NCBI GenBank assembly: GCA_964366415.1
Contig: CAYITG010000001.1
Coordinates: 387,203-451,202, forward strand
Source of the DNA: Candidatus Woesearchaeota archaeon
GTDB lineage: Archaea; Nanobdellota; Nanobdellia; SCGC-AAA011-G17; UBA489
Direction of reading: 5' to 3'
DNA: 64,000 nucleotides
The position numbers and the translations under genes are program-made. Under the pieces are notes generated by a model. The model saw nothing but the letters and a program-made list of their open reading frames with translations. It was not told the origin of the DNA and made no database searches. Below are positions 36,789 to 46,309 of the stretch, piece by piece. Position 1 is the stretch's first letter; the number at the start of each line of letters is the position of its first letter.

Positions 36789-37190
36789 TTATACGACGAT
36801 GCTTGCTATTTTTGCGATACCTACCCAACGGTCAGCAGCCTCCTTTGCGATGGGTCCTTTGATCAATGTTCCCTTTGGACTTCCCTTTTCATCTTTTAAC
36901 ACTACTGCAGCATTATCTTCAAATGCAATACGCATGCCGTCTGGTCGTCTGTATTCCTTTTTTTGACGAACAATTACGGCCGGAACTACTGTTTTTCTCA
37001 TTTGTATGTTGCCCTTGACCACAGAAGCGAAGATTAAGTCTCCAATTCCTGCCGCAGGATATCTTCCTTTAACGGTTTTTGCACCTTTGACTGAAACTAC
37101 CTTTAGCACTTTGGCTCCCGAATTGTCACATGTTTCGATTTGTGCATAGTGTGGAAGCACTTTGGATGTGTGCGCTTTGATTGCTTTCAT
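36789..37190 (-). CDS. rpl14: Ribosomal protein L14 (uL14)
   Basis: Motifs CDNSGAK and IKGPIAKE. Confidence 0.85.
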   Translation of the reverse strand: MKAIKAHTSKVLPHYAQIETCDNSGAKVLKVVSVKGAKTVKGRYPAAGIGDLIFASVVKGNIQMRKTVVPAVIVRQKKEYRRPDGMRIAFEDNAAVVLKDEKGSPKGTLIKGPIAKEAADRWVGIAKIASIVV

Positions 37191-37543
37191 TTCTTCATCA
37201 CCTCAACAGCTACAAAATTCTTTGTTTTTGAAATTGGACGCGATTCCATGATCTTGAGTACGTCTCCTTTCTTTATCGTCATACAAGGAGGAACGTGCGC
37301 CTTGATGCGTGATCTTCTTTTTTCGAAACGTTCGTATTTTGGCAAGTATAACTTACGTGGGAATTCTATCATGGTACTTTTGTGCGTGACATCACGAATA
37401 ACTATACCTTCGAATGTACGCCCACGAACTTTTAATTCTCCGTGGAAAGGGCAATGTCTATCTGTACATACTGCAGTTGGTGCTGTGAGAGGAATACCTA
37501 TGTCACGCGCTTTCTGTTCCTGAACTTGTTTTGTTTTTTCCAT
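37187..37543 (-). CDS. rps17: Ribosomal protein S17 (uS17)
   Basis: OB-fold S17 pattern (FEGIVIRDVTHKST...VKKGDVLKIMESRPISK). Confidence 0.85.
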   Translation of the reverse strand: MEKTKQVQEQKARDIGIPLTAPTAVCTDRHCPFHGELKVRGRTFEGIVIRDVTHKSTMIEFPRKLYLPKYERFEKRRSRIKAHVPPCMTIKKGDVLKIMESRPISKTKNFVAVEVMKK

Positions 37544-37545
37544 GG

Positions 37546-37815
37546 TTATCGTTTGATTTTTTTCTTGAGGCGTTCTTCAGACCTTCCGACCAACAATGCT
37601 CCGTCAATCACGACTTTGCGATTGTTTATCGTTGTTGTGAATGTTACCTGATTTTTTATCAGGCGCTTTGTTATATTATTGTCCTCGATGGTGAGCGTGT
37701 TTCGTGTCTCATTGATGATTTTTCCTCGAAGCCCTTTCAGTTGCGCATTTCTGGCGTCTACAACCTCTATCTCGAGCCCGATAAGCTCGTATTTTAACAC
37801 ATCTTGCGGTTGCAT
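37546..37815 (-). CDS. rnp1: RNase P protein component 1 (Rpp29/Pop4)
   Basis: Start taken at the internal Met (MQPQDVLKYELIGLEIEVV); Sm-like Rpp29 pattern GLRGKIINETRNTL; conserved position between SUI1 and S17. Confidence 0.6.
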   Translation of the reverse strand: MQPQDVLKYELIGLEIEVVDARNAQLKGLRGKIINETRNTLTIEDNNITKRLIKNQVTFTTTINNRKVVIDGALLVGRSEERLKKKIKR

Positions 37816-37816
37816 T

Positions 37817-38125
37817 TTACTGAACTTCGATTGTTTCTGGTGCAAACCCGATCTTGATAAGCTCTTGCTTGACACGATCTTTATGCTGACCTTGCAACTC
37901 AATAGTGCCTGCCTTGACTGTACCGCCACAGGCAAACTTTGATTTGAGCTTCTTGGCAACATCTTTGATGTCAATGTCTTTCGCGTTGATACCTACCACA
38001 ATGGTGATCAGCTTGCCGAATTTTCTTTTTTCTGTTTTTACGACAATACGCTGCTCTTCCTTTGCGATGGTCTCACACACGCAGAGCTCTCGTGCGAGTC
38101 CACATTTTGGACAGACGTCACTCAT
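37817..38125 (-). CDS. sui1: Translation initiation factor SUI1 (aIF1)
   Basis: N-terminal zinc knuckle CPKCG...CVC and the SUI1 domain (FACGGTVKAGTIELQG). Confidence 0.85.
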   Translation of the reverse strand: MSDVCPKCGLARELCVCETIAKEEQRIVVKTEKRKFGKLITIVVGINAKDIDIKDVAKKLKSKFACGGTVKAGTIELQGQHKDRVKQELIKIGFAPETIEVQ

Positions 38126-38382
38126 TCTTTGGTCTTCTTAACCTCCTTCGATTTTTTCTGTGATTCAGGCTTCTTTTGCGGAGCCTTTCTGAGCATGGTT
38201 ACTCTTGTGTTGATCCGAGCAATTGTTTTCTTGATTGCGCGAATTCTTCCTGGATTTTCAGGCGTTGTTTTTGTTGAAAGTTGCGCATTTACTTTGATCA
38301 TTTCTTTCTGGAGTTCCATTTTTTTCTCAAGGAGTTGAGGTGTTTCCATTTTGTTTAGCTCATTCTTTTTTATCAGTGCCAT
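38122..38382 (-). CDS. rpl29: Ribosomal protein L29 (uL29)
   Basis: Single long helix, Lys-rich tail; position between S3 and SUI1. Confidence 0.75.
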   Translation of the reverse strand: MALIKKNELNKMETPQLLEKKMELQKEMIKVNAQLSTKTTPENPGRIRAIKKTIARINTRVTMLRKAPQKKPESQKKSKEVKKTKE

Positions 38383-39136
38383 CTTCCTTCTCCTCCGTTT
38401 CTTTCTTTACTGCTTTCTTTACAGTGGCTTTCTTTTGTTTTGGTTTTTTCTCTTTTGTTTCTTCTTCGTTTTCTTCTGTTTTCTCAGGTTGAACTGCTTG
38501 TGTTGCTTGCATAGCTACTTGTTCTACTTGAATAGTCTTATCTGCTGCAAAGATCAATTTGTCTGGAAGCTTGATGTCTGAGGTCATAATACTCACTTTG
38601 ACACCCACTGTGCCAATAGACAAGTTCACACTGACTTTGGCATGTTTTATTTTTGAAACTGCAACATCTCCGCATTTTTTGAGATAGCCCGCAGAAAATC
38701 TCCATGCACGTGCTCGTGCACTTGGAATTCTTCCTGATAAGACAATTTCAGCACCTACTGCGCCCGAGTTCATGACATCTTGCAACATTTTGTATCCAAT
38801 AGACTTGAAACGCTTCGCTCCAAATCGTTCTAAGTTGTATGCGAGTCTGTCTGCAACGTATTGAACATCCAATAAAGGATTTTGCACATCTCCAATCTCG
38901 ATTTGAGGATTTTCTAATTTGAAGCGTTTTTTCAAGTATGCAGTAATCTTCTTGACATTTTCTCCTGCTTTGCCCACAACCAAACCTGGGCGTGTTGTGA
39001 AAACTGTTATTTTTTCTCCAAGAGGAGTGTTACGGATTTCTGTATGTGAATATCCAGCTTTTGCTAACACTTTTGCCATATACTCTTGAATCTGGAATTC
39101 CCGGATTTTTTGATTTATGAATTTGCGTTCAATCAT
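38360..39136 (-). CDS. rps3: Ribosomal protein S3 (uS3) with a Lys/Glu-rich tail
   Basis: KH domain (GLVVGKAGENVKKIT) plus the S3 C-terminal domain; tail EENEEETKEKKPKQKKATVKK. Confidence 0.85.
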   Translation of the reverse strand: MIERKFINQKIREFQIQEYMAKVLAKAGYSHTEIRNTPLGEKITVFTTRPGLVVGKAGENVKKITAYLKKRFKLENPQIEIGDVQNPLLDVQYVADRLAYNLERFGAKRFKSIGYKMLQDVMNSGAVGAEIVLSGRIPSARARAWRFSAGYLKKCGDVAVSKIKHAKVSVNLSIGTVGVKVSIMTSDIKLPDKLIFAADKTIQVEQVAMQATQAVQPEKTEENEEETKEKKPKQKKATVKKAVKKETEEKEDGTDKKE

Positions 39137-39648
39137 TGTTTAGCTTTCACCTGTTGTGTTGGTTGTTTTTGTTCAACTTTCTTTTGTTCTTTGTGTTCTT
39201 CGGCTATGATTTGAATATGGGTACGCTTCATCTTCACACGTCTCTTTCTTCCGTAATGATATGGGCGTGATGCACGATTAGGAATCACGGATGTGATGAT
39301 TAACGAATTTACATCCAATCCTTTATTTTGCGCGTTTGCTTCCAAGGAATTCAACAATCTCAACACATGCTGAGATGCCTTGTAAGGATAACGTCCTGCA
39401 GCCATATGGCCTGGTTTGTGACCGATATTGCGCTTGAATATCTTGAAAGGTACTGCTTGCTTTTTTTCCATAACATTCTGCAAGAGTTTCTTGGATGTTG
39501 CAATAGACTTGCCTTTAATGAAATTGCAAATTTCGATTGCGTGCTTCGTCGAAATAGGCATATGCTTCCCGTACACTGATGCTGTATGCTCGTTTTCCAT
39601 TTTATTTTGCCTTCGATGCGATTGCTGTACTGGACTTTGTAGCTCCAA
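39133..39648 (-). CDS. rpl22: Ribosomal protein L22 (uL22)
   Basis: L22 core ([18 protein letters not shown]...); the start may be the internal Met. Confidence 0.8.
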   Translation of the reverse strand: MELQSPVQQSHRRQNKMENEHTASVYGKHMPISTKHAIEICNFIKGKSIATSKKLLQNVMEKKQAVPFKIFKRNIGHKPGHMAAGRYPYKASQHVLRLLNSLEANAQNKGLDVNSLIITSVIPNRASRPYHYGRKRRVKMKRTHIQIIAEEHKEQKKVEQKQPTQQVKAKQ

Positions 39649-40003
39649 TACCTGGCGCAGAGTGCTGGACTCTTGATCGCGTTGTTGCGAATTCTCCTAA
39701 ATAATGACCTAACATTTCTTCGGTGATGCTTACGGGGACGAACATCTTTCCTGAGTGTACATGGATTATTAATCCAATCATTTCTGGAAGTATAACCATA
39801 TCACGTGCATGTGTTTTGATAGGTTTTTTGTAATTTCCTTGTTTAGCTTTCTTGATTTTATCCAGAAGAGGTTTGTAGGTTTTCAATGCATTACGCTTCA
39901 AGGAACGACGCTGACGAGATGGAATGAGCTTCATGTATTGCTCAAGATCCAACTTCATAATCTCTTCCAACGTCTTTCCATGATACATAAATTGTTTAGG
40001 CAT
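39602..40003 (-). CDS. rps19: Ribosomal protein S19 (uS19)
   Basis: [12 protein letters not shown] motif. Confidence 0.85.
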   Translation of the reverse strand: MPKQFMYHGKTLEEIMKLDLEQYMKLIPSRQRRSLKRNALKTYKPLLDKIKKAKQGNYKKPIKTHARDMVILPEMIGLIIHVHSGKMFVPVSITEEMLGHYLGEFATTRSRVQHSAPGIGATKSSTAIASKAK

Positions 40004-40004
40004 T

Positions 40005-40730
40005 TTACTTTCTTACTCCCGTTCTTCTGGCTGCTACCTTACCAACCTTAGCTCCTGGAGGTGTGTCTCGTGAAACTGTCTTTGGTTTACCGACGTGACG
40101 TCCACGTCCAGAGCCAAATGGATGATCGACTGCGTTCATAGCAACTCCAGATGTTAATGGATATAATTTACCGCGAGCTCTCATTAAATGATGTCTCTTT
40201 CCTGCCTTGACAAATGGTTTTTCATGTCTTCCTCCTCCTGCAATAACTCCAATGGTTGCACGACACATAGGATGAAATGTTTTTTGTTTTTTAGAAGGCA
40301 ATTGAATAATGACTGCATCTTTTGTGGAACTAATAACTGTTGCTGTTGTGCCTGCCGCACGCACGAATTTTCCGCCGTCTGCAGGTTTGTTCTCAAGATT
40401 GAAAATTAATGTTCCTTCAGGAATATGTTGAAGAGGAAGCGTGTTTCCTGGTTTTGGTTCTGCTTTTGCACCGGATGAAACAATGTCATTGACTTTGATA
40501 CCTTGCGGAGCGAGAATATATCCTGTTTCATTATTTGCATATTGGATTTGAGCAAGAGGAGCAGAATGACCTGCGCAGTGAACAATGTCAACAACTTTTC
40601 CTGCGACGATACCACCTTTTTCAACTTCATCATAACGTCTGTGCTTGACTGCAGCAATCCATCTGTGGGAATGCGCCCTATATGTTGGCGTTCCGCGTCC
40701 ACGACGTTGCTGAATTAAATTCTTACCCAT
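40005..40730 (-). CDS. rpl2: Ribosomal protein L2 (uL2)
   Basis: Motifs [12 protein letters not shown] and HPFGSG. Confidence 0.9.
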   Translation of the reverse strand: MGKNLIQQRRGRGTPTYRAHSHRWIAAVKHRRYDEVEKGGIVAGKVVDIVHCAGHSAPLAQIQYANNETGYILAPQGIKVNDIVSSGAKAEPKPGNTLPLQHIPEGTLIFNLENKPADGGKFVRAAGTTATVISSTKDAVIIQLPSKKQKTFHPMCRATIGVIAGGGRHEKPFVKAGKRHHLMRARGKLYPLTSGVAMNAVDHPFGSGRGRHVGKPKTVSRDTPPGAKVGKVAARRTGVRK

Positions 40731-40731
40731 A

Positions 40732-40995
40732 TTAGATCAATCCCAACTGCGTTGCCACATCAAGGGCAGGCGTTTCAGGTGCTAATTTGATGTATGCCTT
40801 TTTCGTGCCTTTTGGCGTGATCAAGGTATTGATCTTGACAATTTTGACTTTAAAGGCTTTTTCTATTGCTTCTTTGATTTCTGGTTTGGATGCATCGCGA
40901 TCAATAATAAAAGTTAATTTATTCTGAGATTCCATCAAGCGCACAGCTTTTTCTGTCGTGATGGGGTTTTTGATCACTCTATACGGGTCTTTCAT
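40732..40995 (-). CDS. rpl23: Ribosomal protein L23 (uL23)
   Basis: L23 pattern KLTFIIDRDASKPEIKEAIEKAFKVK. Confidence 0.8.
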   Translation of the reverse strand: MKDPYRVIKNPITTEKAVRLMESQNKLTFIIDRDASKPEIKEAIEKAFKVKIVKINTLITPKGTKKAYIKLAPETPALDVATQLGLI

Positions 40996-41963
40996 TTTTT
41001 CTTACCTGCTGTTTGCTTTGCTGCTGGTTTTGCGGCTGCTTTTGGAGCTGACTTTTCTTGTGTTTTCGGTGTTGGTTTCTTGATTTCAACTTTCTTTTGT
41101 TCTGGTTTCTTTTCTTGCTTGACTTCTTTTACTGGTTTTGGTTCTTTTTTCTTTGGAATGCCTAAGAAGAGTTTTTCATTTGTTAATCTCTTGATAGCAT
41201 CTTCTGAGTAGAGTGTTAAACGTCCTGGAAGTCCACCTGGAGCGAGAAGATTAACATTCAAATCTGTGACAAGGGCAATGTCAACACCAATCATATTCTC
41301 TGCTGCTTTTTGTAATGCGCAGGGTTTTGATACTACCAATAAAGGACCTTTCTTTGTTTTGTATTTTCTGTTACGCATTTTTCCTTTCCCTGCTCGTACT
41401 TTCACAACGGAAATGCGTGCAAGTTCTCCGTGTAATTTGAGATTCTGTAACATTTGTTCAACGTCTTTTGTCTTGCTGATACTTTCCATCTTTGATTCAA
41501 TAACTGCAGGAAGGAACTCTATTTTATGACCACGCTGCTTGACTAACTGCTCGCTAAATGTTGCTGCAAGCGCAGAACGGATTGCTTTTCTTCGTTCTTT
41601 CTTATTGATTTTTTGGTCGAATATTTTTTTTGATTTTGGCGGATGGGCACGACGTCCACCTACTGTTCCTGGAGCAACTGCTCCAACCCAACCGAATTGA
41701 CGTCCACGATGCCACAAGGATTTTCTTGGGACACGCGAAATACCGTGGCCATAGGATGTTTTGAAATCACGTCTTCGTCTTGAGAGTTTTGCCGATTGAC
41801 GCTCACCTGCTTTCGCGTATGCGCCGTATGGCTGGCGATTATGACTTTGGTACGCTAAGAATGCACGATGAATCATGTCTGGGCGATATTCTTCATGACA
41901 TTGCATAGGCAAGTCAACAGATCCTGTTTTCTTTCCTTCAATGGTAAACATATCTGCCTTCAT
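40992..41963 (-). CDS. rpl4: Ribosomal protein L4 (uL4) with a Lys/Ala/Pro-rich C-terminal extension
   Basis: L4 core of about 255 aa, then a tail KKKEPKPVKEVKQEKKPEQKKVEIKKPTPKTQEKSAPKAAAKPAAKQTAGKKK. Confidence 0.85.
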   Translation of the reverse strand: MKADMFTIEGKKTGSVDLPMQCHEEYRPDMIHRAFLAYQSHNRQPYGAYAKAGERQSAKLSRRRRDFKTSYGHGISRVPRKSLWHRGRQFGWVGAVAPGTVGGRRAHPPKSKKIFDQKINKKERRKAIRSALAATFSEQLVKQRGHKIEFLPAVIESKMESISKTKDVEQMLQNLKLHGELARISVVKVRAGKGKMRNRKYKTKKGPLLVVSKPCALQKAAENMIGVDIALVTDLNVNLLAPGGLPGRLTLYSEDAIKRLTNEKLFLGIPKKKEPKPVKEVKQEKKPEQKKVEIKKPTPKTQEKSAPKAAAKPAAKQTAGKKK

Positions 41964-42910
41964 TGTTGCGACTCCTGATGCACATAGGTCAATTGAATCT
42001 GATGTGGACGTTCTTTCGAACGAATAGCTTCTGTAATCAAAATAGCACGTTTCTTTGGACCAACCACTGATCCTTTGATCAATAAGTACTCATTTTTGAC
42101 AAGACCATAACGAACTAATCCGCCTTTAGGGTTAATTTCTTCTGGCTTATTGTTAATTTTGAGAATGTGTTTATTGTATTCTGTTCTTGTGTGATATCCC
42201 ATTTTACCTGGCTGACCAACAGACCAGCGTACTCTTTTTGGCGTCCATGGACCTAAGGTACCAACACCACGCTTTGTTTTTTCAGATTTGTGCTGACGAA
42301 TTTTTACCCCATATCTTTTAACTGTTCCTTGGAATCCTTTACCTTTTGACACTCCGTGCACATCAACGAATTGTCCTTCTTTGAACACTTCTGATGCTTT
42401 GATTTCTTTTGTGAGCAATTGTTTTGCATATGCCCATGCGCCATCTTTTGGACCAGAAATGGCAATTTCCATGAGATCTGGATTCTTTTTTCCAAACATG
42501 GTAAGCTTTGGTTGAGACATGACTTTAACTCTGATTTCATCAAAATCTTCTGACTTTGGTTCTTTTTGTTGTTCTTTTGGTTTTTTGATTGCTTTGTCAA
42601 GTTTATCAGCATAGATTTCGGCAACACGTTGATTTTGTTTGTAGAAGCAAAGAGAAACAGGAAGCATAGATGGGCACTCAATAATAGTCACGGGAAACGT
42701 GACGACCATGTTTTTTGTTAAAGAATTTTGACGAGCATCATTAAATTGAATATGTGTCATACCGGCTTTATAGCCAATATACCCTAAGAGTTTAGGAGCA
42801 TCAAGACGCGCCCATGTTCGAGCACGAGCTACGGGATTAGCTGCACGCTTGCGTGGCCAGAACTGCAGACTTCCCCTTCTGGGCCAGAATAAACGGTTTG
42901 CTCCTGCCAT
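41960..42910 (-). CDS. rpl3: Ribosomal protein L3 (uL3)
   Basis: N-terminus RRGSLQFWPRKRA...IGYKAGMTH; first gene of the cluster. Confidence 0.9.
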   Translation of the reverse strand: MAGANRLFWPRRGSLQFWPRKRAANPVARARTWARLDAPKLLGYIGYKAGMTHIQFNDARQNSLTKNMVVTFPVTIIECPSMLPVSLCFYKQNQRVAEIYADKLDKAIKKPKEQQKEPKSEDFDEIRVKVMSQPKLTMFGKKNPDLMEIAISGPKDGAWAYAKQLLTKEIKASEVFKEGQFVDVHGVSKGKGFQGTVKRYGVKIRQHKSEKTKRGVGTLGPWTPKRVRWSVGQPGKMGYHTRTEYNKHILKINNKPEEINPKGGLVRYGLVKNEYLLIKGSVVGPKKRAILITEAIRSKERPHQIQLTYVHQESQQ

Positions 42911-43109
42911 GGTGTATGCTTTGTTTTGGATTCCTTTTTAAGACTTTTTCTGACAGGCAACTTCCTCTTGAGAATCAGGCTTTTTATTTGCTGTAACGAG
43001 CAGCATACACTGAATCCATAAGGTAAGAATATGGCTTTTATGAATGTTTTTAAAGGTTTCTACTACTCTGAACATCGCTCTCTTTTGACAATATTCGGCT
43101 GAAGCAAAC

Positions 43110-43160
43110 TTTATAAAAGCCATTATTTTCTTCTTTCTCGAACACATGGAGGTTCTTTTG
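43110..43160 (+). promoter_or_regulatory. Putative BRE/TATA promoter and Shine-Dalgarno site for the histone gene
   Basis: CTTTATAAAAG about 40 nt upstream of the ATG and GGAGG 10 nt upstream; this is the divergent intergenic region shared with the ribosomal protein operon. Confidence 0.3.
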
Positions 43161-43161
43161 A

Positions 43162-43371
43162 ATGGCAGAGACTATTTTACCCTTGGCTGCAATGGAGAAG
43201 CTTTTAAAGAAAGCTGGAGCGGCACGCGTTAGTGAAGATGCTAAAGATGCCCTGCGAGAGCAACTTGAAGACGTTGCACAACAAATCGGTTTGAAGGCTA
43301 TTCAATTTGCCCAACATTCTGGCAGAAAGACGGTGAAAGCTGTTGATGTTAAATTGGCTGGAAAACAATAA
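43162..43371 (+). CDS. Archaeal histone (HMf-like)
   Basis: Histone-fold signature RVSEDAKDALREQLEDVAQ...AQHSGRKTVKAVDVKLA. Confidence 0.8.
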   Translation: MAETILPLAAMEKLLKKAGAARVSEDAKDALREQLEDVAQQIGLKAIQFAQHSGRKTVKAVDVKLAGKQ

Positions 43372-43420
43372 TTCTACTAACGATATTTTTTTAAGCGAGT
43401 TCATTCTCCTTTTCTACATG

Positions 43421-43789
43421 GGCGATATGTATTACCTATGTAAGTTACCTGCAGAGAAACAACACTTTCGCAATCGCATACCCTTTACACAGTATTATGG
43501 AATTCATTTTGAAGAACAAGATGGAACTCCTTATGTAAAGAATGTTATTACGAAAGAAGAACTTTCTAAGATTGGTGTTGCGGCTCTGAATCATCAAGCA
43601 ATGGGAGTAGTCATTGTTACTGAAGTTCCTGGGAGACCAGATATCTTACGTGGAAAACGTAATTTAAGTGATCATCTTCGCATTACTGTAGACGGTCTCG
43701 CACAACATCATCAAGACCTTGAAATTTTATCCATGGAAGATCTAAGAAAAGCAGGCATAGAAAATATTGTAGAAAGAGTTATTGAATAA
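43421..43789 (+). CDS. Hypothetical protein
   Basis: Start taken at the internal Met (MGDMYYLCKL); no motif. Confidence 0.3.
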   Translation, partial: GDMYYLCKLPAEKQHFRNRIPFTQYYGIHFEEQDGTPYVKNVITKEELSKIGVAALNHQAMGVVIVTEVPGRPDILRGKRNLSDHLRITVDGLAQHHQDLEILSMEDLRKAGIENIVERVIE

Positions 43790-44522
43790 ATTCAATTTTT
43801 TTCTCTTCATGCTTACCGTCGATATCAAGAATACGTATGATTGTTCCTTTTCTTTTCGCATGAATGCGCGCTTGTTCTGGACTATTCTTGTACTCATCAG
43901 GGATAATAATATCTGTAATGTTTATGGTGTGTGAAATCAACGCTTTTTTGAATGGTGAAGTAATATCAAATGTAAACTCCTTGAGAAGGTTTAAAGGAAG
44001 TGTTGCTGATGCAAATTTTGTGTCGAGCGCTTTTCCAGGTTTTGGAAGAGATTTTTTGCATTTCACTGTGACTAAAGGAGAGGTAAGATCTAATAAGACA
44101 AAATCATTTTCATCACATATCTTTTTTAATTCTTCTGAAGAAACTGTCGAAGCTATTTCTGTTTTTTTCTTTCCTTTGACAAGTTTACCTGCAACGTCTG
44201 CTTTATCTATATGTGGTGCTGCAAGCTTGATAACATCTTTTAACAAGTCATAAGAAAAATTCATTTTGAAGCTTTCTTTTGAGACTGTTATCTTCATGAC
44301 TGCTCTACTTGGGAATTCCCCTTTGCTAAAACGTGTAAATTGTTTGTGGACATCTTCGTCTGTTGTCTTATTGAAGATTTTCTTAATGAACATCATAGAG
44401 GAATTAAATTTATTAGTATATAAAAATGTTTGTTCTGAATATGGTGAATAAACTTCGAGAATACTTAAAAAATATGGAATTCCATATGTAATCTTAGAAA
44501 ATATTTCAGATTTTTCCTTCAA
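43779..44522 (-). CDS. Hypothetical protein
   Basis: 247-aa ORF, Lys-rich, no recognisable motif. Confidence 0.35.
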   Translation of the reverse strand: MKEKSEIFSKITYGIPYFLSILEVYSPYSEQTFLYTNKFNSSMMFIKKIFNKTTDEDVHKQFTRFSKGEFPSRAVMKITVSKESFKMNFSYDLLKDVIKLAAPHIDKADVAGKLVKGKKKTEIASTVSSEELKKICDENDFVLLDLTSPLVTVKCKKSLPKPGKALDTKFASATLPLNLLKEFTFDITSPFKKALISHTINITDIIIPDEYKNSPEQARIHAKRKGTIIRILDIDGKHEEKKIEFIQ

Positions 44523-44575
44523 TTTTTCAATTTTTTAAATAAAAGAGTTATAAAAACAAAGTTATTTATTAAGAC

Positions 44576-45280
44576 ATGTGGAATTATGATCATCTTCTTA
44601 CCTCTCACAGTCATAATATTTTAAAGATTAAAACACCAAGACATAATAGAAATCTTGCAGAATTCTTAGGCATCTTATTTGGTGATGGCAGCAGTTATCG
44701 ACGAGAAATTGGGAAAAAGATTCGAGATTACCAAATTCGTATTGCTGGTCATTCAAGCAATGATAAAGATTATCTTATAAATTTTGTTAAACCACTTGCC
44801 AAAGATTTATTTGGGATAGAAGGAAAGATACATCCTCATTATAATGAAGACATCAACTGTTTGTATTTGAAACTTAATGGTAAGTTACTTTCTTATTTTT
44901 TAGAAAATATTGGTTTTCCTCCAGGAAATAAAATAAAGAATAGATTAGTGATTCCTAATTGGATTAAAACAGACACCTCTTATTTAACAGCATTTTTAAG
45001 AGGTTTAGTTGATACTGATGGTTCTATTTATAGGATGTCGAATAAGGATCCGCAACTCATACGTTTGGCCATTAAAAATTTTATACCTGGATTTTTAGAT
45101 AGTTTAAATTCGTGTTTACAAGAACTGGAATTTCATCCATGCATTATTCGATCAAGTAGTCAGATTTTTCTTTCTAGGAAGGAAGATATACAGAAATATA
45201 CTAAGAAAATAGGTTTTAATAACCCAAAACATATATATAGGTTTAGAGCACTTTCTAAAAATATTAGCCCCGTAGTGTAG
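44576..45280 (+). CDS. Double-motif LAGLIDADG endonuclease-like protein (paralog A)
   Basis: Two LAGLIDADG motifs (LGILFGDGSS and LRGLVDTDGSIY) about 100 aa apart; the last 15 nt overlap the 5' end of the downstream tRNA. Confidence 0.75.
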   Translation: MWNYDHLLTSHSHNILKIKTPRHNRNLAEFLGILFGDGSSYRREIGKKIRDYQIRIAGHSSNDKDYLINFVKPLAKDLFGIEGKIHPHYNEDINCLYLKLNGKLLSYFLENIGFPPGNKIKNRLVIPNWIKTDTSYLTAFLRGLVDTDGSIYRMSNKDPQLIRLAIKNFIPGFLDSLNSCLQELEFHPCIIRSSSQIFLSRKEDIQKYTKKIGFNNPKHIYRFRALSKNISPVV

Positions 45281-45371
45281 TGGCCTATAACCCTTAGGGT
45301 TGGCAAAGCACGCGAGACTCTGGTAGCGATGGGGATATCTCGCAACGGAAGTTCAAATCTTCCCGGGGCTA
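45266..45371 (+). tRNA. tRNA-Gln (anticodon CTG) with two putative introns
   Basis: Acceptor AGCCCCG/CGGGGCT. D-stem GTGT/GCAC flanks a 29-nt D-loop that contains the hairpin TAACCC-TTA-GGGTTG (about 20 nt extra). Anticodon stem CGAGA/TCTCG with loop CTCTGG, a 13-nt insert (TAGCGATGGGGAT) at 37/38, then A; T-arm GGAAGTTCAAATCTTCC. Confidence 0.55.
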
Positions 45372-46241
45372 CTTCTTTGTTACTTCTCTTATTACAACTT
45401 CAATTTCATGTGTTTTAAGAGGCGAATAATATCTTTCGCTTACATCAATTTTTACTCCATCTGGACTATGGCGTGGTAACACGCCAAGAAGGTCTACAAT
45501 TCCATTATCTCCCGTCACAATAATTTGGGTATTCCCTGTTCCTGCCGCATTTGCTAGAGCGTATGCAGTGAGAAGATTATCTACACCGCCCGTATTAATT
45601 CGATTCGATTCTGCTATTTGCGTACTGTATTGTAAGACTGGATCTACTTTACATCTATTAAGCATTTTTAATGTTTCATCTCTTTGACATGCACACCCCA
45701 TTTGTCTTGCAAGACGGGATTTTTCTATAAAATATCTTTCCATCATTTTTTTGTACGAACCATTCTGCGTTTCCATCCTTTTTTTAAGACATCTATCATC
45801 TCCTGTAATGTATTCTTCTAATATTTCTGGGAGAATAGTTACGTCGTTGCGATGAATTAATCTCTCTAGTTCATTGAATTGTAATTCCTGCACTTTTTGA
45901 AATTCATACCATAATTCATCATACTCTTGGCCTATACCGGCTAGGCCAGATGCACAAGCATTAAGAAACGATGCATTGCTAAGGCGCAGATTTCTCTCTC
46001 CACATTGACCATAGATATGACTTGACTCTAACAAAAAAGAGGTGTCTAGCCAGTAATGTTTTGTTCCATCTCGTTCTTCAAAAATACTTTTGTACACTTC
46101 TAGAAATTCTGCAGGATGAATTGATATCCGCAGGCTTGAAAATCCTTTAATTGGTTCTGCTGTTTTATGGAAAGAATGATCATCTATGTAAAAACCAAAG
46201 TCTTCTAAACATGTTTTGTGTCTTTTTGTTGTCTCTGTCAT
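45369..46241 (-). CDS. Hypothetical protein
   Basis: 290-aa ORF with no recognisable motif; a NYN/LabA-like C-terminus is considered separately in the findings. Confidence 0.3.
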   Translation of the reverse strand: MTETTKRHKTCLEDFGFYIDDHSFHKTAEPIKGFSSLRISIHPAEFLEVYKSIFEERDGTKHYWLDTSFLLESSHIYGQCGERNLRLSNASFLNACASGLAGIGQEYDELWYEFQKVQELQFNELERLIHRNDVTILPEILEEYITGDDRCLKKRMETQNGSYKKMMERYFIEKSRLARQMGCACQRDETLKMLNRCKVDPVLQYSTQIAESNRINTGGVDNLLTAYALANAAGTGNTQIIVTGDNGIVDLLGVLPRHSPDGVKIDVSERYYSPLKTHEIEVVIREVTKK

Positions 46242-46309
46242 CTTTTGCTTTGTTGGTCTTTTTATTCAAAAGACGTTACCTTTATATTTTTATACTTTTA
46301 TCTTCTGTT

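Noticed and set aside
42938-43147. 69-aa ORF in the intergenic region between L3 and the histone gene.
   Set aside because: It has no motif, overlaps the divergent promoter region, and is likely spurious.
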